Numbered from the stretch's first letter, positions 39,737 through 51,963 are shown. The stretch: 64,000 bases of DNA from Alphaproteobacteria bacterium (GCA_964291215.2 OZ219791.1:2400001-2464000), one strand, 5' to 3'. Program-made: numbers and translations. The notes: a model not told the origin generated them from the sequence alone.

Positions 39737-41726
39737 GAAGGGTCGGTTTTGCTTGTTCAGGATGATTCGCATTTTCGCTGGCTTTTTGTGAAGCGGCCTA
39801 GTATCCGTTGTCGTGATGGAAGGGGCAGCGGATTTTTTTGAGACGACTCCGGAGGGTTTTGAGCTCCGGGATGTGGTTGTGCGCCTTGCGCGGCCTGATG
39901 TCGCTGGAACCGTGTTGTTGACCGTATCTTGGTTTCAAGCAGTTTGCCGGTCGAGGTCTGCGTGTTCACCTGGCGCGGGCGGTGGATTGGTGCTGCGGGC
40001 TGGCAGACGGGCGCCCTCAGCTGCGCACCCGTTGGATTGACTGGCGCCGCGAGGAACAGTTCAGGCGATTGCACCTGATCGGGAACAACACGAGGTTTGT
40101 TGTTCTTGGTGGTCGCCGGGTGTTTCCGAGCCTTGCCTCGTTTGCGTTGTCGCGGATGGTGCGGCGTCTCGGTGGCGACTGGGAGGCTGCGTACGGCCAT
40201 CCGTTGCTTGTTGCGGAGTCGTTTGTCTCGCCGACGAAGTTCAGCGGCACCATGTACAAGGCGGCGAACTGGGAGTGCGTTGGCAGGAGCTATGCGCGCG
40301 CCAGCGGGCGCTATACCGACCGGCACGGGGAGGCGAAGGATCTTTACGTTTTTCCGCTGCGTCGCGATGCCTGTCGTCGGCTGCGGGATCGTTCACCGCT
40401 TCCTGTGGCGTGGGAGTTGCGGGCGCCGCAGAGCGACTTGTCGGCGCAGGAGTTGCGCTCGATTTATCAGCATTTTGCGGCGCTTTCCGACTTCCGGCGC
40501 GCGCAGGGGCGCAAGCACCGCATCGCCTCGGTGCTGTGCGTGATTTTGCTGGCGCGACTTGCGAACCGGCACGGTGCGGTTGCGGCGGCGCACTACGCGA
40601 AGACGATGACGCAGAAGGAGCTGGAGCAGCATGGAAGAACAGGGGCACCGGCAAGCCGGTCTCCAAATCGACCGTGCACCGGGTGCTGCAGAACACCGAC
40701 CCGGGATGGATCGAGGATGCTCTGCGGCGCGCAGCCGCGCCTGGAGGTCGGCAACGCGATCGCGGTCGACGGCAAGCGCATCCGCGGCGCCAACCGCACC
40801 GGCGAGGATCATTACGAGACGGTCTCGCTGGCACGGGACCGGTATGCCGGTTTCGATCCTCAACTATCACGACGGGGAGATCGCTGCCGTCCACGCCGCG
40901 CTCGAGACGGCACCGGTTGCCGGCCGTCTGCTCACCCTCGACGCGCTCCACACCACCCGCGAGGCTGATCATCGAGACCCATCGCGCGGACTGGATGATG
41001 ATGGTCAAGGGCAACGCGCCCGAGACCTTCGAGACCTTCGAGAGCATCAACTGGAAGACCGCCAGTACGGGACGCTACAACGAAAAGCCCGCGCATGGCC
41101 GCATCGAACAGCGCACCATCGAGGTCTTCACCCCGCTGGCGAAGATGATCAACTAGTCAAGTAGATCTTCCGCGTCACCCGGCGCGTCGAATTCAAGAAA
41201 TCCGGAAAACGGACAACCGAATACGCCTACGGCATGACCTCGGTCAAGCGCGCCTCGCCGCAACAGCTGCTCGCATGGAATCGTGGACACTGGGTAGTCG
41301 AGAGCCACCATCATGTCCGCGATGCCACCTTCCGCGAAGACGACTCCATGCTCCGAACGCGCCCGCAAACAACGCGATCATCAACACCCTCGCAATCGCC
41401 GTCATCATCCGCAACAAACGCAAGCTGCCCAAACCCTTCAACAGCTTCGTCGACGCCCGCCACCACTATGCCAACAAGCGCAAGCAGGTCCTGCACGCAA
41501 TCACAAGACCAGGCTGACCGCGCCTCTCTTCCCGACAGAAACTGCAAGCTTTCAAGCCCGGCAACCAAGGCCTCTCGCTCGCCCCGGATACGCCGACCAA
41601 TCGCGCCCCGCGCCGTAACAGCGCGTCAGACGTCAGCAAATCTCAAAATCGCAGCCTCGAACGCGTCGACCCGCGCCACGATCAGGACTCCGATCACATC
41701 ACATCAACAAGCATGGGATCACCTTG
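39737..41726 (+). mobile_element. Decayed ISAs1-family element with N-terminal DUF4338 (DruA-like) domain
   Basis: LIGNNTRF...ESFV...GTMYKAANW then DFRRAQGRKH, IAVDGKRIRG, LDALHT, VKGN, HGRIEQR, RGHWVVES, RDATFRED; weak TIR. Confidence 0.8.
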
Positions 41727-43694
41727 GGGTGGGGCCTGATGCTCGATCGCCAGAGCGGCGGCAAGGTGGGTGTCCGTCGTCAGGTTGCCGGCAGCGCCAA
41801 CTGCTTCACCCAAGTTGGCACTTTTCGCGGCCTGGAATTTTTATCGCGTTGCGCGATTTTTTGTCGGCCGATTTCAACATGGCACTACATCCTGTTGAAT
41901 TCTGTCAGCTTGTGAGGCGGCTCCTCGTGCGGCGGGTTCGACACCAGCCGCCGAGGAGATTTCGGCGACCTCGGCGGTCGGGCGCGTGTCCTGTCGGTTG
42001 ACGATCAATGCGCCTGGCGCAGGCGCGTGGTGACCCTGATCCAGCTCCGCATGCTCTCGCGGATCGATGTCCAGCACTTGTCGATGCCCCGCGCGGCCAG
42101 CGGATCAGATGCACCGCGTGGAGCACGGCGATCAACAGGTGGGAGGTGATGCGCTGGTCGAGCTGGATCGGGCGCAATCCGAGCTCGGATTTCAATGAAC
42201 GGAAGGTGGCCTCGATATCCGTGATCCGCCAATATGCCCCGAGGACGGTCTCGATATCCCGGTCGCTGGTGCGCAGTACACAGGCGCCCGCGTTGTCTTG
42301 TCGTCTGTGGCTGAAGCGCACGGCAGTTGCGTTGGCGCCGGCCTTCTCGACGGTGATCTCGTAGTGCTGGGCGACGGTGGAGAAACGCTGCTCGAGACCG
42401 CTCTCCAGCACCTTGTCGTAGCGCTTGAGCCGGCCCTTGGCCGAGAGGCCGTCGTGGAGCTTTGCCGCCTCGAAGCTGTGCCGCCTGCGGTCAGGAATGT
42501 CGTCCTCGGCCCTCTTCCTGCTCTCGCTGACCACGTAGAGCCTCGCCTCGCCATCCTCGCTGGCAAGGCGCCAAGCCTGCACCTCGTGGTTGGTGCTGGT
42601 GATCAGCAGGGCCTCGGGCTCACCCTCGGGCGGCGCCGGCCTGGCGCCGCGGCTGACCGCGATCCAGCCGTAGCCGTGCTCGCCACGCGATGTTCGCCTC
42701 GGTGGCGATGCCGGCGTCCATGACTACCGTCGGCTTCGCCGCCGGGCCCGCCTCCAGCCTCGACAGCGCATCACCCAGCGTGTCCGGTTCGCTCACGTTG
42801 CCCGGCAAGACCTCGCAACTGCGCGGAAAGCCCGCGCCGCGCCAGCGCAAGCGTGGGGCAATCATTGCGCTTCTGCTTCGAGCGCCCGAAGCGGGGGAGC
42901 TTGCCGTCGGCGCGGCCGTGAACATTGGTGAGATCGTAAAAGGCGATGGTGTCGGGGATGTCGAGCAGCGCGCGCTCGCGGTTGAACAGTTCTTTCTGGA
43001 TGGCGGCCCGGTGACGCAGGTCGCCGATGCGGTACAGTGTCTTGCGCGCCTTGCCCTCCAGATCCAGAAGCTCCGCGGCCGCGCTGTCATCGCGCAGCCA
43101 GCGCTCGCGCTCGCTGGCCGGATGAATCATCCTGGCGACGATCAACGCACTCGCGATACGCCCTTCGCGGCCCGTGATGCCGAGGTCGTGGAGGATATCG
43201 GCGAAGCCGAGATCGCGGAGCGCCTCGAAGCACAGGCGCTCGCAGCCGACCGAGCGCGGGTTCTCGAGACTGTCGAGGTTGACGGTCGCAATTTGCGTGC
43301 GTCTTCCTCCAGAGCGTCGGCGCGGAACCTCCGGGCCCTGAGCTTGTTGACGATGTCCTCGGCTGCGGCCTGCACGCGGCTTCGAACAGCGGCGGGTGGC
43401 CGTGGAGCAGCGCTTCGGCGAGCGCGGCAACCTCCTTCCAGTTCTTGCGCGCCACCGGATAGTCGGTACCGAGATTGAGCAGCGTGCGCTGCCTGACCTT
43501 GTCGCCGATGCGCTGAGAAAGCACGAGCCGGTAGCTGTCGACGGGTTTGCCGTCTGCGGTGCTGTGGGTTTTGGTTGCCCTGATGAACATGTTGGCTGGA
43601 GGCTTTTGTGTTGACGAGGCTCCGAATATACCGGGTTTGGCGGCGGGGCGAATCGGCAATATTCTGGCACCACAGCGGCCATCCCGGACAGGAA

Positions 43695-44979
43695 GCGGAA
43701 TCATTGGATTGAAGGGTATGGTGACTTCAGTTTCATCCGGGCGTTTGCGGTGGTGAAGCGCCAATCCGCCGGCCGCATTGCGGCGCTCGACCCACGCCAC
43801 GGTCTCCCGCAGTATGGTGTCGCGGTCGGGAATGCGTCGTCGAAGGCTCTGCCGCGACAGCGCACCGATCTCGATTTCGGCCATGTTGAGCCAACTTCCG
43901 TGCTTCGGCGTATAGCGAAACTCGAACCGCACCCGCATCGCCTCCTTGAGAGGAAAGGATTCGTACAAGGATGCGGGACCGTGCGTGTTCAGGTTGTCCA
44001 GTACGATCTTCTTGCCGGGAAAATGGTCATCCGCGAGTTCCCGGATGAACTGTGCCCGGTCCCGGGCCGTGTGACGGTCGGTGACTTTCACCGTGCGCCA
44101 GTTTTGGTTCGGCGCGAAAGCCAGGAAGAGGTTAGCCGTGCCGTCATACTCGTAATCGACGATTTGCCTGGGGGACGGGGAAGGCGGGTTTCCTTCGTCT
44201 GCTGTCGGCTGGTCTCGCAAACCAGAACCTCGTCTTCGACAAAGTCATGTTGACAGATGTTTAGCACCTCCTCCATGGCCGCCACGAACGGCGCATTTCG
44301 GCTCGGTGGAATGCACCAATACTGCTTCAACCACCGCTTGATCTCTTTTTTTCAGTGTTTTCCGTACCGTTTCCTTTGAAATGCTCTCGACGATCTCCAT
44401 CTCCACCAGACGACCAGCCAGCAGCTTCAGCGTCCACAGCCCTCGGGCAGAGAAGAGCGAGCCAGGGCGACCGGTTTCGCCTCCTTCGCCCCGTCCGGAA
44501 GCTTCGGCCGGCGGTTCTCCTGTTCCCGGCGGCGGAGGGCGGCCTCCAGAACGCAGCGCAGGCACTCGACTGTCGAGGCGCCGATGCCCGGACTACGCGC
44601 AATGTCGACATCCCGGAGCTTGCCGCCGTCGCGCCCCTCGTCCGCCATCAGCAGAATCTGCGCCCGACGGCTCCGGTACCGTCGACGATCGCCCGCAGCT
44701 CCCGGCGCCGAAAGTGTCACTCGACAGAGCTTCCTGCCCTGAGAGTTGGCCATGATCCGCTCCGATCCCTGTGCCGAACACCTGCAGGCAGGCTCGGTTC
44801 CCGGGGATCGGATCCGTCCCGATCCTCAGAAGAGCGCGGGTGCCTGTACCTTCGGCATCAGGTCTGTGGGGATGAACAAGCAAGATCCGTACCGAACGGG
44901 TGCGCACGGGTGCCGGCACGGACCGACACGGAAATCCTGCCAGAATACTGTCGTCAATTCAACATTTCCGCACTACTAG
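43695..44979 (-). mobile_element. IS630-family element (decayed)
   Basis: RRAQILL, WTLKLLA, SKETVRKTLKK with a poly-A slippery site near 44345, DYEY, VLDNLNTH, YTPKHGSWLNMAEIE; imperfect TIR GCGGAA...TTG.ATTGA. Confidence 0.85.
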
Positions 44980-45179
44980 TGTTGTGTCCCGCAAATACCA
45001 GCAGATAATCGTTCAAGCCTGTCGAAGATTGCGTCTGCGGTTGCGACTCACACGAAAGGGGATGTGGATTTTCGGTGGGTACCAGAGGGGAAGTTGGCGG
45101 CCGCGGAGCATATCGAAAGGCCTCCTATTGCGAGAAAGACCGAGAATATATCATACTTATTTATGGGACACTACACTAG
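44976..45179. mobile_element. MITE of about 200 bp with CTAG at both ends
   Basis: TIR TAGTGTTGTGTCCCGCAAAT vs TAGTGTAGTGTCCCATAAAT; no coding capacity. Confidence 0.75.
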
Positions 45180-45204
45180 GCAATGTCACAAAAATGCCAA
45201 CATA

Positions 45205-46771
45205 GTAACTGCTCACCCCCTGGTTCCGGCTTGATGTCGGGGTAGAGCAACGAACGGGTTTTCGTGGAGATTTGACACTGCATGCCGATTCGCTTAGTGG
45301 TGGTCATCGAGAACGACGGGGACCGCCAGTGGGCTACTTTGGATCGAAGGCGACGAGCGGGCTGTGCCAGCTGCTTCCGGGGCTCCAGCCTCCGCATGAT
45401 CTGTATGTGGAAACGCATCTCGGAGGCGGCGCGCTGATGAAGCGCAAGGCCGGGTGATGGCGACGGGCGGCGCGCGAGGAGTTCGAAGCGGCCAAGACCG
45501 CGGCGCTGCCGGCAAGGTGGCGGAAGAGGCCGTGATCCGCGTCCTCGTCATCCTGCTCGACATCATCATCGTCGTCCTTCTGGAGAAGACTACGCACGAG
45601 CCGGAACTCCGGTCTGCCGCCGTCACAGACGGACAAGAGCGTGCCGGAAGCAACGGCCCGAAGCCGAACCGGCAGATGGGCGACAACCTGCCATCGTCGA
45701 GGAAACGGTCGCGGCCTGCGACGCCTGCGGCGCTGACATCGACGGCCCCGTCGATCGGGAGCGCCGCACGACATCGTGTTCGAGGTCGTCGAGCGCCGCG
45801 CCGAGATCAAGGAATGCCCGAAGTGCAAGGCCCGGACCAAGGGCCGGTTCCCCGACAACATCCCGTGCAGTACGGCATCGGCATCCAAGCCCTCGTCATC
45901 AACCTGCTGGTCGCCCAGATGCTGTCCCTGCGCCGTGCCGTCGCGCTCGTGCAGGCGATCTCCGGCATCAAGCTCTCCGAGGCAACCTGCCTCAGCTATG
46001 CTTTCACGATGCGCTCGCGTCATGGGAGGAGGCTGCCGTGGCGCACCTCCTGCAACGCCCGATGTCGACGATTTCGGATCAACAGTAAGTGGCTCCATGT
46101 CGTGGGACCCTGACGTGCAAGTTCCCGCACCGCAAGCGCGGCCGAGAGGCAAGAGATCGGCATCATCCCGTGCTACAGGGGCGTCCTGGTCCACGACTGC
46201 TGGGCCTCGTACATGGGCCAGTGTAGCCACCAGCTGTGCGGCAGCCACCTGCTGCGCGAACTGACCTTTGTCGTCGAGGCTACCGCTGGGCGCGACTGAT
46301 GAAGAGCCTGCTCCGCGAGGTCTGCCACAAGGTCAACAAGAGCGCATCCAAGACCCTGAACGACGCCGGGCCGTGCGCAAGCGCTACCGCACCATCCTCA
46401 CGCAGGGCGCTAGGGAACTGCCCGATATCCCGCCGCCGCCGAAAGGAAAACGCATAGCAAAGTCCGACGCGCACAACCTGCACGAACGTCTCGTGAAACA
46501 CGAAAAGTCAGTCCTGCGCTTCACAGACGACCCCAACGTCAGCTTCACCAACAATGCCGGAGAACAGAAGATCAGGATGGCAAAGGTCAAGCTCAAGGTG
46601 TCCGGATGCTTCCGCTCCACGCAAAAGCATGGTGCCAAGCTACCTCACCTCCATGGCCGCACTTGGCTACAATCATCACGTCGCCACCCAGATCGCCCTC
46701 GACGGAAAAGCCGCAGACATCATCAACGAGCACTACGACCAATCAGAACCCAACTAGGGGTGAGTAGATAC
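45205..46771 (+). mobile_element. Second IS66-family element with a methyltransferase remnant (45329-45457) and decayed transposase
   Basis: TIR GTAACTGCTCACCCC / GGGGTGAGTAGATAC; 8-bp TSD CCAACATA (45197-45204 / 46772-46779); GYFGSKATSGLCQ...YVETHLGGGALMKRKA then TGATG into TnpC motifs. Confidence 0.88.
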
Positions 46772-46915
46772 CCAACATATAGTATATCGAGTGAGATTGC
46801 TGCATAAATTTTGCCTTCAACTGACGCAAAAAGTGCCAACTTGGGTTCAAGGAGAGCGAACAGAATGTCCGTGTGGCGGTCTTCCGGGTGGGTGCGCCAG
46901 GCTAACTGGTAGTAA

Positions 46916-48038
46916 GGTCCCGCGCCAAAATAGATTGTTTTTTGGTGTGGATCTGCCATTGATGATGTCATGGATGCTATGGTCGATACGCTGCGATCCA
47001 AATTTGTGGTGTTGCGTCCGGTTCTGGACGAACGCGCGCGGCGCCTGTGGGCGGCGGCCCGTGCCATCGGGCGAGTGGCCGAGGCGACGGGGATGGGCAC
47101 CGTTCGCGCCGGAGGAGCTTGATTCGGAGTCTTCGAGTGAGATTCCTTCAGGATGTTTGCGTCGCCCCGGCGGCGGGCGCAACGGATCCGGGTTTGGTGG
47201 CGGCGCGCGAGCTTGAACCGATGACGCGCGGCGATCCGGAGAGTTCGCTGCGGTGTCACAGTGCCGCTGGCGGACCGTCTTGCGGTCGAGGGCGTCAGCG
47301 AGCGCACGGTGAACCGGCTGCTCCACGATCTGGGGTACAGCCTCCAGGCCAATCGCAAGACGCTGGAAGGTCGCCAGCACCGGGATGCGCAATTCCGACG
47401 CGCCGGGTGCGCGCGTTCCAGAGGCCAGCCTGTGGTGACACGAAGAAGAAGGAAATCCAGTACCGCAATGGCGGCCGGGAAGGGCGACCCTGAAGCCGTC
47501 AATGTGCATGACTTCCCCGATCCGGAGCTCGGATCCCCTGCGGGGTCTACGACCTCACCGCCAACGCCGGCTGGGTCAGCGTCGGGCACGACACGGCGGC
47601 GTTCGCGGTCGAGGCCGCTGGTGGCGGCAGATGGGCCAGCTGGTCTATCCCGATGCCTGCTGATCACCGCGACGGCAGCAGCCGCAACCGGCTGTGGAAG
47701 CTGCAGCACCTCGCCGACGAACTCGGGTTGAAGGTGTCGGTGGCCCACTTCCCGCCCGGAAAGTGGAACAAGATCGAGCACCGGATGTTCTGCCATATCA
47801 CCCGGAACTGGCGCGGCCGGCCCCTCGTCAGCTACCAGGTGATCGTCAAGCTGATCGCCGCGACCACCACCGGGCTCACCATACGCTCGCACCTCGACGA
47901 GAACAGCTATCCGCTCGGGGTCAAGGTCAGCGACGATCAGATGGATGGCCTCGCCATCCGCAGAGACCCGTTCCACGGCGAGTGGAACTACACCCTCACA
48001 CCACGGACATAACGAACATATTATTTTGGCGATATCCC
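46916..48038 (+). mobile_element. ISAzo13-family element (decayed)
   Basis: GYSLQANRKTLEG, HRDAQF, HDFPD, HFPPG-KWNKIEHRMFCHITRNWRGRPL, FHGEWNYT; GCCAAAATA sub-terminal IR; TAA duplication. Confidence 0.88.
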
Positions 48039-48700
48039 TAAGCGTTCGTTCGTGCGGTGAGGTGTTGTTGTTTTCGTCCGTTTGACGGGCTTTTGTCAGG
48101 GAGTTCCAGCGTTATCCGGAGCGGTTTCGTGCACCGGGATGCGCGGTGAGGGGCACTGGCGTCATGCCGTGTTTTCCGCATTGGTTGCTGTTTTGTCCCG
48201 GCGCTGCGGAGGAGGAGCTGAGCGCCATCCTGTGCCGGTTGCAGGGTCCAGCGATTGAGGGTCCGCTCCTTGCGGAGCGGGCCAGATGTCCTTCTTCGGC
48301 TTCTGTCATGTCGGTCGTAGCGGTCGCTGGTTGTTTCGACGCGGCCGGCAAACGCCGCGGCGCGGGACCAGGGTTTCGCAGGGCACGGGCGCGGTGTTGC
48401 AGCGCGCGGTCCATGCGGTGGTCGAGAAGCAGCGGCTCGCCGCATGGTAGCGCATCTGCGCGCCGACCAGGCGCGTGTATCCGAGGCAGTGTCAGCGAGC
48501 GACGAACTCGTTCCACAACCAGCCTTCCCGGGTGCCCACGATCCGGAAGTCGGCGGGCGGAGCTCGTCGAGGGTCTTCGGGGCGGCGGTGTGATCAGCTT
48601 CGGGGCTGGCGGCGGCAGAAGGCGCGGGCGATGGGGTCCGCTCCGCGACCATGAAGTCGCGCCCATGCTAGCGGCACTCGACCTCGTCGCTCACGGCGGC
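48039..48700 (-). mobile_element. IS66-like end remnant
   Basis: Removing ISAzo13 restores GTAAGCGTTC (IS66-type terminus); 48143-48237 is an inverted homolog of 63903-63998. Confidence 0.5.
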
Positions 48701-48724
48701 GCTGCGAAGTGGTCGTATGTGTGT

Positions 48725-49672
48725 TCACACGCTGGCTGAAGCCGCAGCCAGCGTGTCGGTCTCCATGTCGTCGTCGCGCACCGCCCCGATGAGGTCGCTT
48801 ACGCGCTCGATGCCGCGGTTCTCGCACCAGGCTTCGAGATCATCGATGATCGTCGTCAGCGCCGTCGGGTTGCGGAAACCCGCATAGCCGATTCCGACTG
48901 CCGATGCGCCCGCGAGCATGTATTCGACGACATCTTCCGCCTTGGTTACGCCGCCGATTCCGACGATCGGGACCTTTACGGTCTTCGCGACCTGGTAGAC
49001 CATGCGAAGGACGATGGGCTTGAGGGCGGGCGAGACCATGCCACCGAACTTGTTGCCGAGCGCCGGCCGGAAATTGTCGGTGCGGATCTTGAGCGAGAGA
49101 AACGTGTTGGCAATGGCGAGCGCATCTGCACCTGCTTCTTCCGCCGCCAGTGCGATCGACACGATATCGCCCGCGTTGGGCGACAACTTCGCCCATACCG
49201 GCTTGTCGGTGGCGGCGCGAATGGCCGACATCACCTCTTTGGTGTGTTCCTCCTGGAGGGCGAAGTTTCCGCCTGTGGTGTTCCTTGTCGGGCACGAGAT
49301 GTTGCATTCGATGACATCGACATCCGGCACGCTGAGTTCTGTCGCCAGGGCTGCAAAATCCTCGATGGATTCGGAGGACACGCTGACGACAAGCGGCGGT
49401 TCGAACTTGGCGTATTCGGGCACGATGTTGTCGAGAAAATACTGGATTCCCTTTCCCGGAAGACCGATCGACTGGATGATTCCGGCTTCGGTCTCGGCCA
49501 TGCGCGGGGTGGGATTGCCGACACGGGGTTCGCGGCAGATGGTCTTTGCCACGAGCGCGCCGAGCCGGTTGAGGTCGATGACGTCCGCATATTCCCACGA
49601 GAATGCGCCGGACGCCGGCTGTATCGGATTCTGGAGGGTGATGTCGCCGATCTGGACCGAGAGGTCTACCAT
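48725..49672 (-). CDS. pyrD: Class 1B dihydroorotate dehydrogenase-like catalytic subunit
   Basis: NPIQPASG, GNPTPR, NISCP, KLSPN, IANT, IVGIGG, LAGASAVGIG. Confidence 0.85.
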   Translation of the reverse strand: MVDLSVQIGDITLQNPIQPASGAFSWEYADVIDLNRLGALVAKTICREPRVGNPTPRMAETEAGIIQSIGLPGKGIQYFLDNIVPEYAKFEPPLVVSVSSESIEDFAALATELSVPDVDVIECNISCPTRNTTGGNFALQEEHTKEVMSAIRAATDKPVWAKLSPNAGDIVSIALAAEEAGADALAIANTFLSLKIRTDNFRPALGNKFGGMVSPALKPIVLRMVYQVAKTVKVPIVGIGGVTKAEDVVEYMLAGASAVGIGYAGFRNPTALTTIIDDLEAWCENRGIERVSDLIGAVRDDDMETDTLAAASASV

Positions 49673-50538
49673 CCCACGGCCTCCTGCATGTTGAAGACGG
49701 GACCCTCGCGGCAGATGCGCCGCAGGATCCGTTGTCCGTCGACTTCAAAGGTGCGCACGCAAACATAGCAGGCGCCAAATCCACAGACCATGATCTGCTC
49801 CATGGCCACCTGTCCGGGTATGCAGTGGGTCCGGCCAAGGCGCTGCATCAGCTTCAGCAGCCGATTGGAGCCGCATGTGAAGAAGGCGTCGGCCCTGCCG
49901 GCGGCGATCAGGCCGTCGAGGATCCGTTCCACATTGGCGACACCGCTCGTCCCGTCCGTATCAAGAACAGTGGTCACATCCGCTCCGAGGCCGGAAAAGA
50001 GCTCTTCGGACATCACCACATCGGGATTGCGGGCACTGAGAATCGCTGCGATGCCGACATCGTTGTCGGCAGCCAGCTGCGACAGGGGGGCAAGGGTAGC
50101 CAGGCCGACCCCGCGACCGAGCACGACGATGTTCCTCCATTCGGTTTCGAGACTGAAGCCGATGCCGAGCGGGCCGGTGACGTTGAACTCGTCGCCCGGC
50201 TCAAGCATGCTCATGCCGCGGGTTCCCCGTCCCTCGCTCTTGTACAGGAATTCCAGCCGGCCGGATTCGCGGTCGACGCGGTAGATGCTCATCGGGCGCC
50301 GCATCCATACCTCGGCTCCGTCTGGAGAGGGGCACAGGAGATGGAAGAACTGGCCGGCTCGGGTGTTCATCGCGCGTTCGTGGACATCGACGACGAGGCG
50401 CCAGTATTCCCCGGCAACCGGATGGTTGGCAGCTACGATCGAGAGGAATTCGGCCGTCGGGCGCTCGGGAAACGGATCGGGATCGCCGATCCTGAGCGCC
50501 GCGTGCGTGTAGTTCAGATTGGGGTCCGGTATTGTCAT
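49666..50538 (-). CDS. pyrK: DHOD electron-transfer subunit (FAD, 2Fe-2S)
   Basis: GQFFHL, RRPMSI, GPLGIGF, GRGVGLA, EQIMVCGFGACYVC...RICREGPVF. Confidence 0.88.
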   Translation of the reverse strand: MTIPDPNLNYTHAALRIGDPDPFPERPTAEFLSIVAANHPVAGEYWRLVVDVHERAMNTRAGQFFHLLCPSPDGAEVWMRRPMSIYRVDRESGRLEFLYKSEGRGTRGMSMLEPGDEFNVTGPLGIGFSLETEWRNIVVLGRGVGLATLAPLSQLAADNDVGIAAILSARNPDVVMSEELFSGLGADVTTVLDTDGTSGVANVERILDGLIAAGRADAFFTCGSNRLLKLMQRLGRTHCIPGQVAMEQIMVCGFGACYVCVRTFEVDGQRILRRICREGPVFNMQEAVGW

Positions 50539-50628
50539 GGCCTTCGGCTGCCAGTGGCTTTGGGTGTCGGCTGCGGCCGTAGCATATCACATCGATTTGT
50601 AACAAAAAAGAGAAAATTATTATTTTTA

Positions 50629-51963
50629 TTACGGCGAACCATGCCCTCCGAACAACATGGTGATGTTGATGCGATGGTTCCCGTAGCCGGGCGCAAAATC
50701 GGGCGCGTCGGATCCATGCACGAGGCGCGAATCGAACAGTACGGCGCGGTTCTCGCGGTACGGGACGGTCTCTCTTGCATGTTCGTGAGCCGCCGCGAAA
50801 GCCTGAATTGCTGCCGATCCGGTCCGGTAGTCTGTGCCGGACAGGCCTGCGGGGGGGACCGTGTATATTGCCAGTCCGCCGCGGTCCGGAGCGCGGTTGG
50901 CGGTGTTGGGCGTCAGCCAGAAGTTGAGACTCACGGCTCCGTCGTCGACATGCAGGTCGACAGCCCTGCGGCCCTCTAGAGCCTTGAACGCCCAGGCTTG
51001 CGACAGCGGGTGGTTGCCGAGGATTGCCGGAAAGGATGTTCGGATCTCGTCGGCGATTTGCAGGATGAGCGGACAGGCGAGGCCGTCCTCGAGATAGGCG
51101 GCGACGAAGCCGTCGATATGGCCGAAATCGAACCAGATCGTGCTCTCGAGAAGGTATTTTCTCAGCGACCGGAGCGCGGGCTGCGACAGGAGCCCGTCGA
51201 ACCACGCCAGCCCTGCGTCCCGCGCCTGAAATTCGGCGGTGACGGCGTCGATGTCGATGTCCGGGCCGAGGGCGTTGCTGGCCACGGCCGGGGCGTCGAC
51301 CGTGTGATAGGCGGTGTTGTAGATACCGGTGAGATCCTCAAGTTGTTCGTCGTCGAGCGTGACGATGTCGTCTCCCAGCGTCGCCGCGACCAACTCGTAG
51401 GCGCGGGCAAGGAGGACGAACGGCTTGCGCGGTCGCACGCCCGCTGCCAGATGGCTAAACTGCTGCGCGTCGTGAAAAAGCTTGGCACTGGTCGTGCGCC
51501 GGAGCGACTCGTCGGCAATCCCGGTTCGCTCCTCGCCGCGGCGCAACTCAAGCGTTCGTGCGAAGTGATCAAGCGCCCGGTCACGGTTTCCGGCCGCTTG
51601 CCACAGGAAGCCCAGGGTCCGGTGCGCCTCGTAGAATTCGGGATCGGCGGCCACCGCCAGCATGTAGCTGGCGCGGGCTTCGTCGGCGCGTCCGAGCGCG
51701 CACAGCGCGCCGCCGCGGTTGAAGTGCGCCGACGCATAGGCCGGGTCACCGGCAAGCGCCTTGTCGAAGCAGTCGACGGCGCCGTCATGGTCGCCGGTTT
51801 CGGCAAGCAGGACTCCGAGATTGTGCCAGATCCCCGGATGTCCGGGGGCGAGAGCAAGCGCTGCCCGGTAGGCGCCTTCCGCGGCGGCGGCATCGCCGGC
51901 CCGGTGATGCGCCGCCGCTTTGCCGGCTAGGGACGCCAGGCGGCTGTCCGGAACAGCGCTCAT
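50629..51963 (-). CDS. TPR repeat plus putative 2OG-Fe(II) oxygenase domain protein
   Basis: About four TPR units (WHNLGVLL, AHFNRGGAL); C-terminal QAWAFK, HVD...SLNFWLTP, NRAVLFDSRLVH, RINITMLFG. Confidence 0.75.
   Translation of the reverse strand: MSAVPDSRLASLAGKAAAHHRAGDAAAAEGAYRAALALAPGHPGIWHNLGVLLAETGDHDGAVDCFDKALAGDPAYASAHFNRGGALCALGRADEARASYMLAVAADPEFYEAHRTLGFLWQAAGNRDRALDHFARTLELRRGEERTGIADESLRRTTSAKLFHDAQQFSHLAAGVRPRKPFVLLARAYELVAATLGDDIVTLDDEQLEDLTGIYNTAYHTVDAPAVASNALGPDIDIDAVTAEFQARDAGLAWFDGLLSQPALRSLRKYLLESTIWFDFGHIDGFVAAYLEDGLACPLILQIADEIRTSFPAILGNHPLSQAWAFKALEGRRAVDLHVDDGAVSLNFWLTPNTANRAPDRGGLAIYTVPPAGLSGTDYRTGSAAIQAFAAAHEHARETVPYRENRAVLFDSRLVHGSDAPDFAPGYGNHRINITMLFGGHGSP

Larger units (their letters stand above)
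41809..46845 (-). mobile_element. IS1634-family element, copy 2 (decayed; hosts IS630, a MITE and IS66 in its left end)
   Basis: TIR CCCAAGTTGGCACTTTT at both ends, flanked by TTCA; FYDLTN, FGRSKQKRNDCP, VVMDAGIA, IEATFRSLKSELGLRP. Confidence 0.9.
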
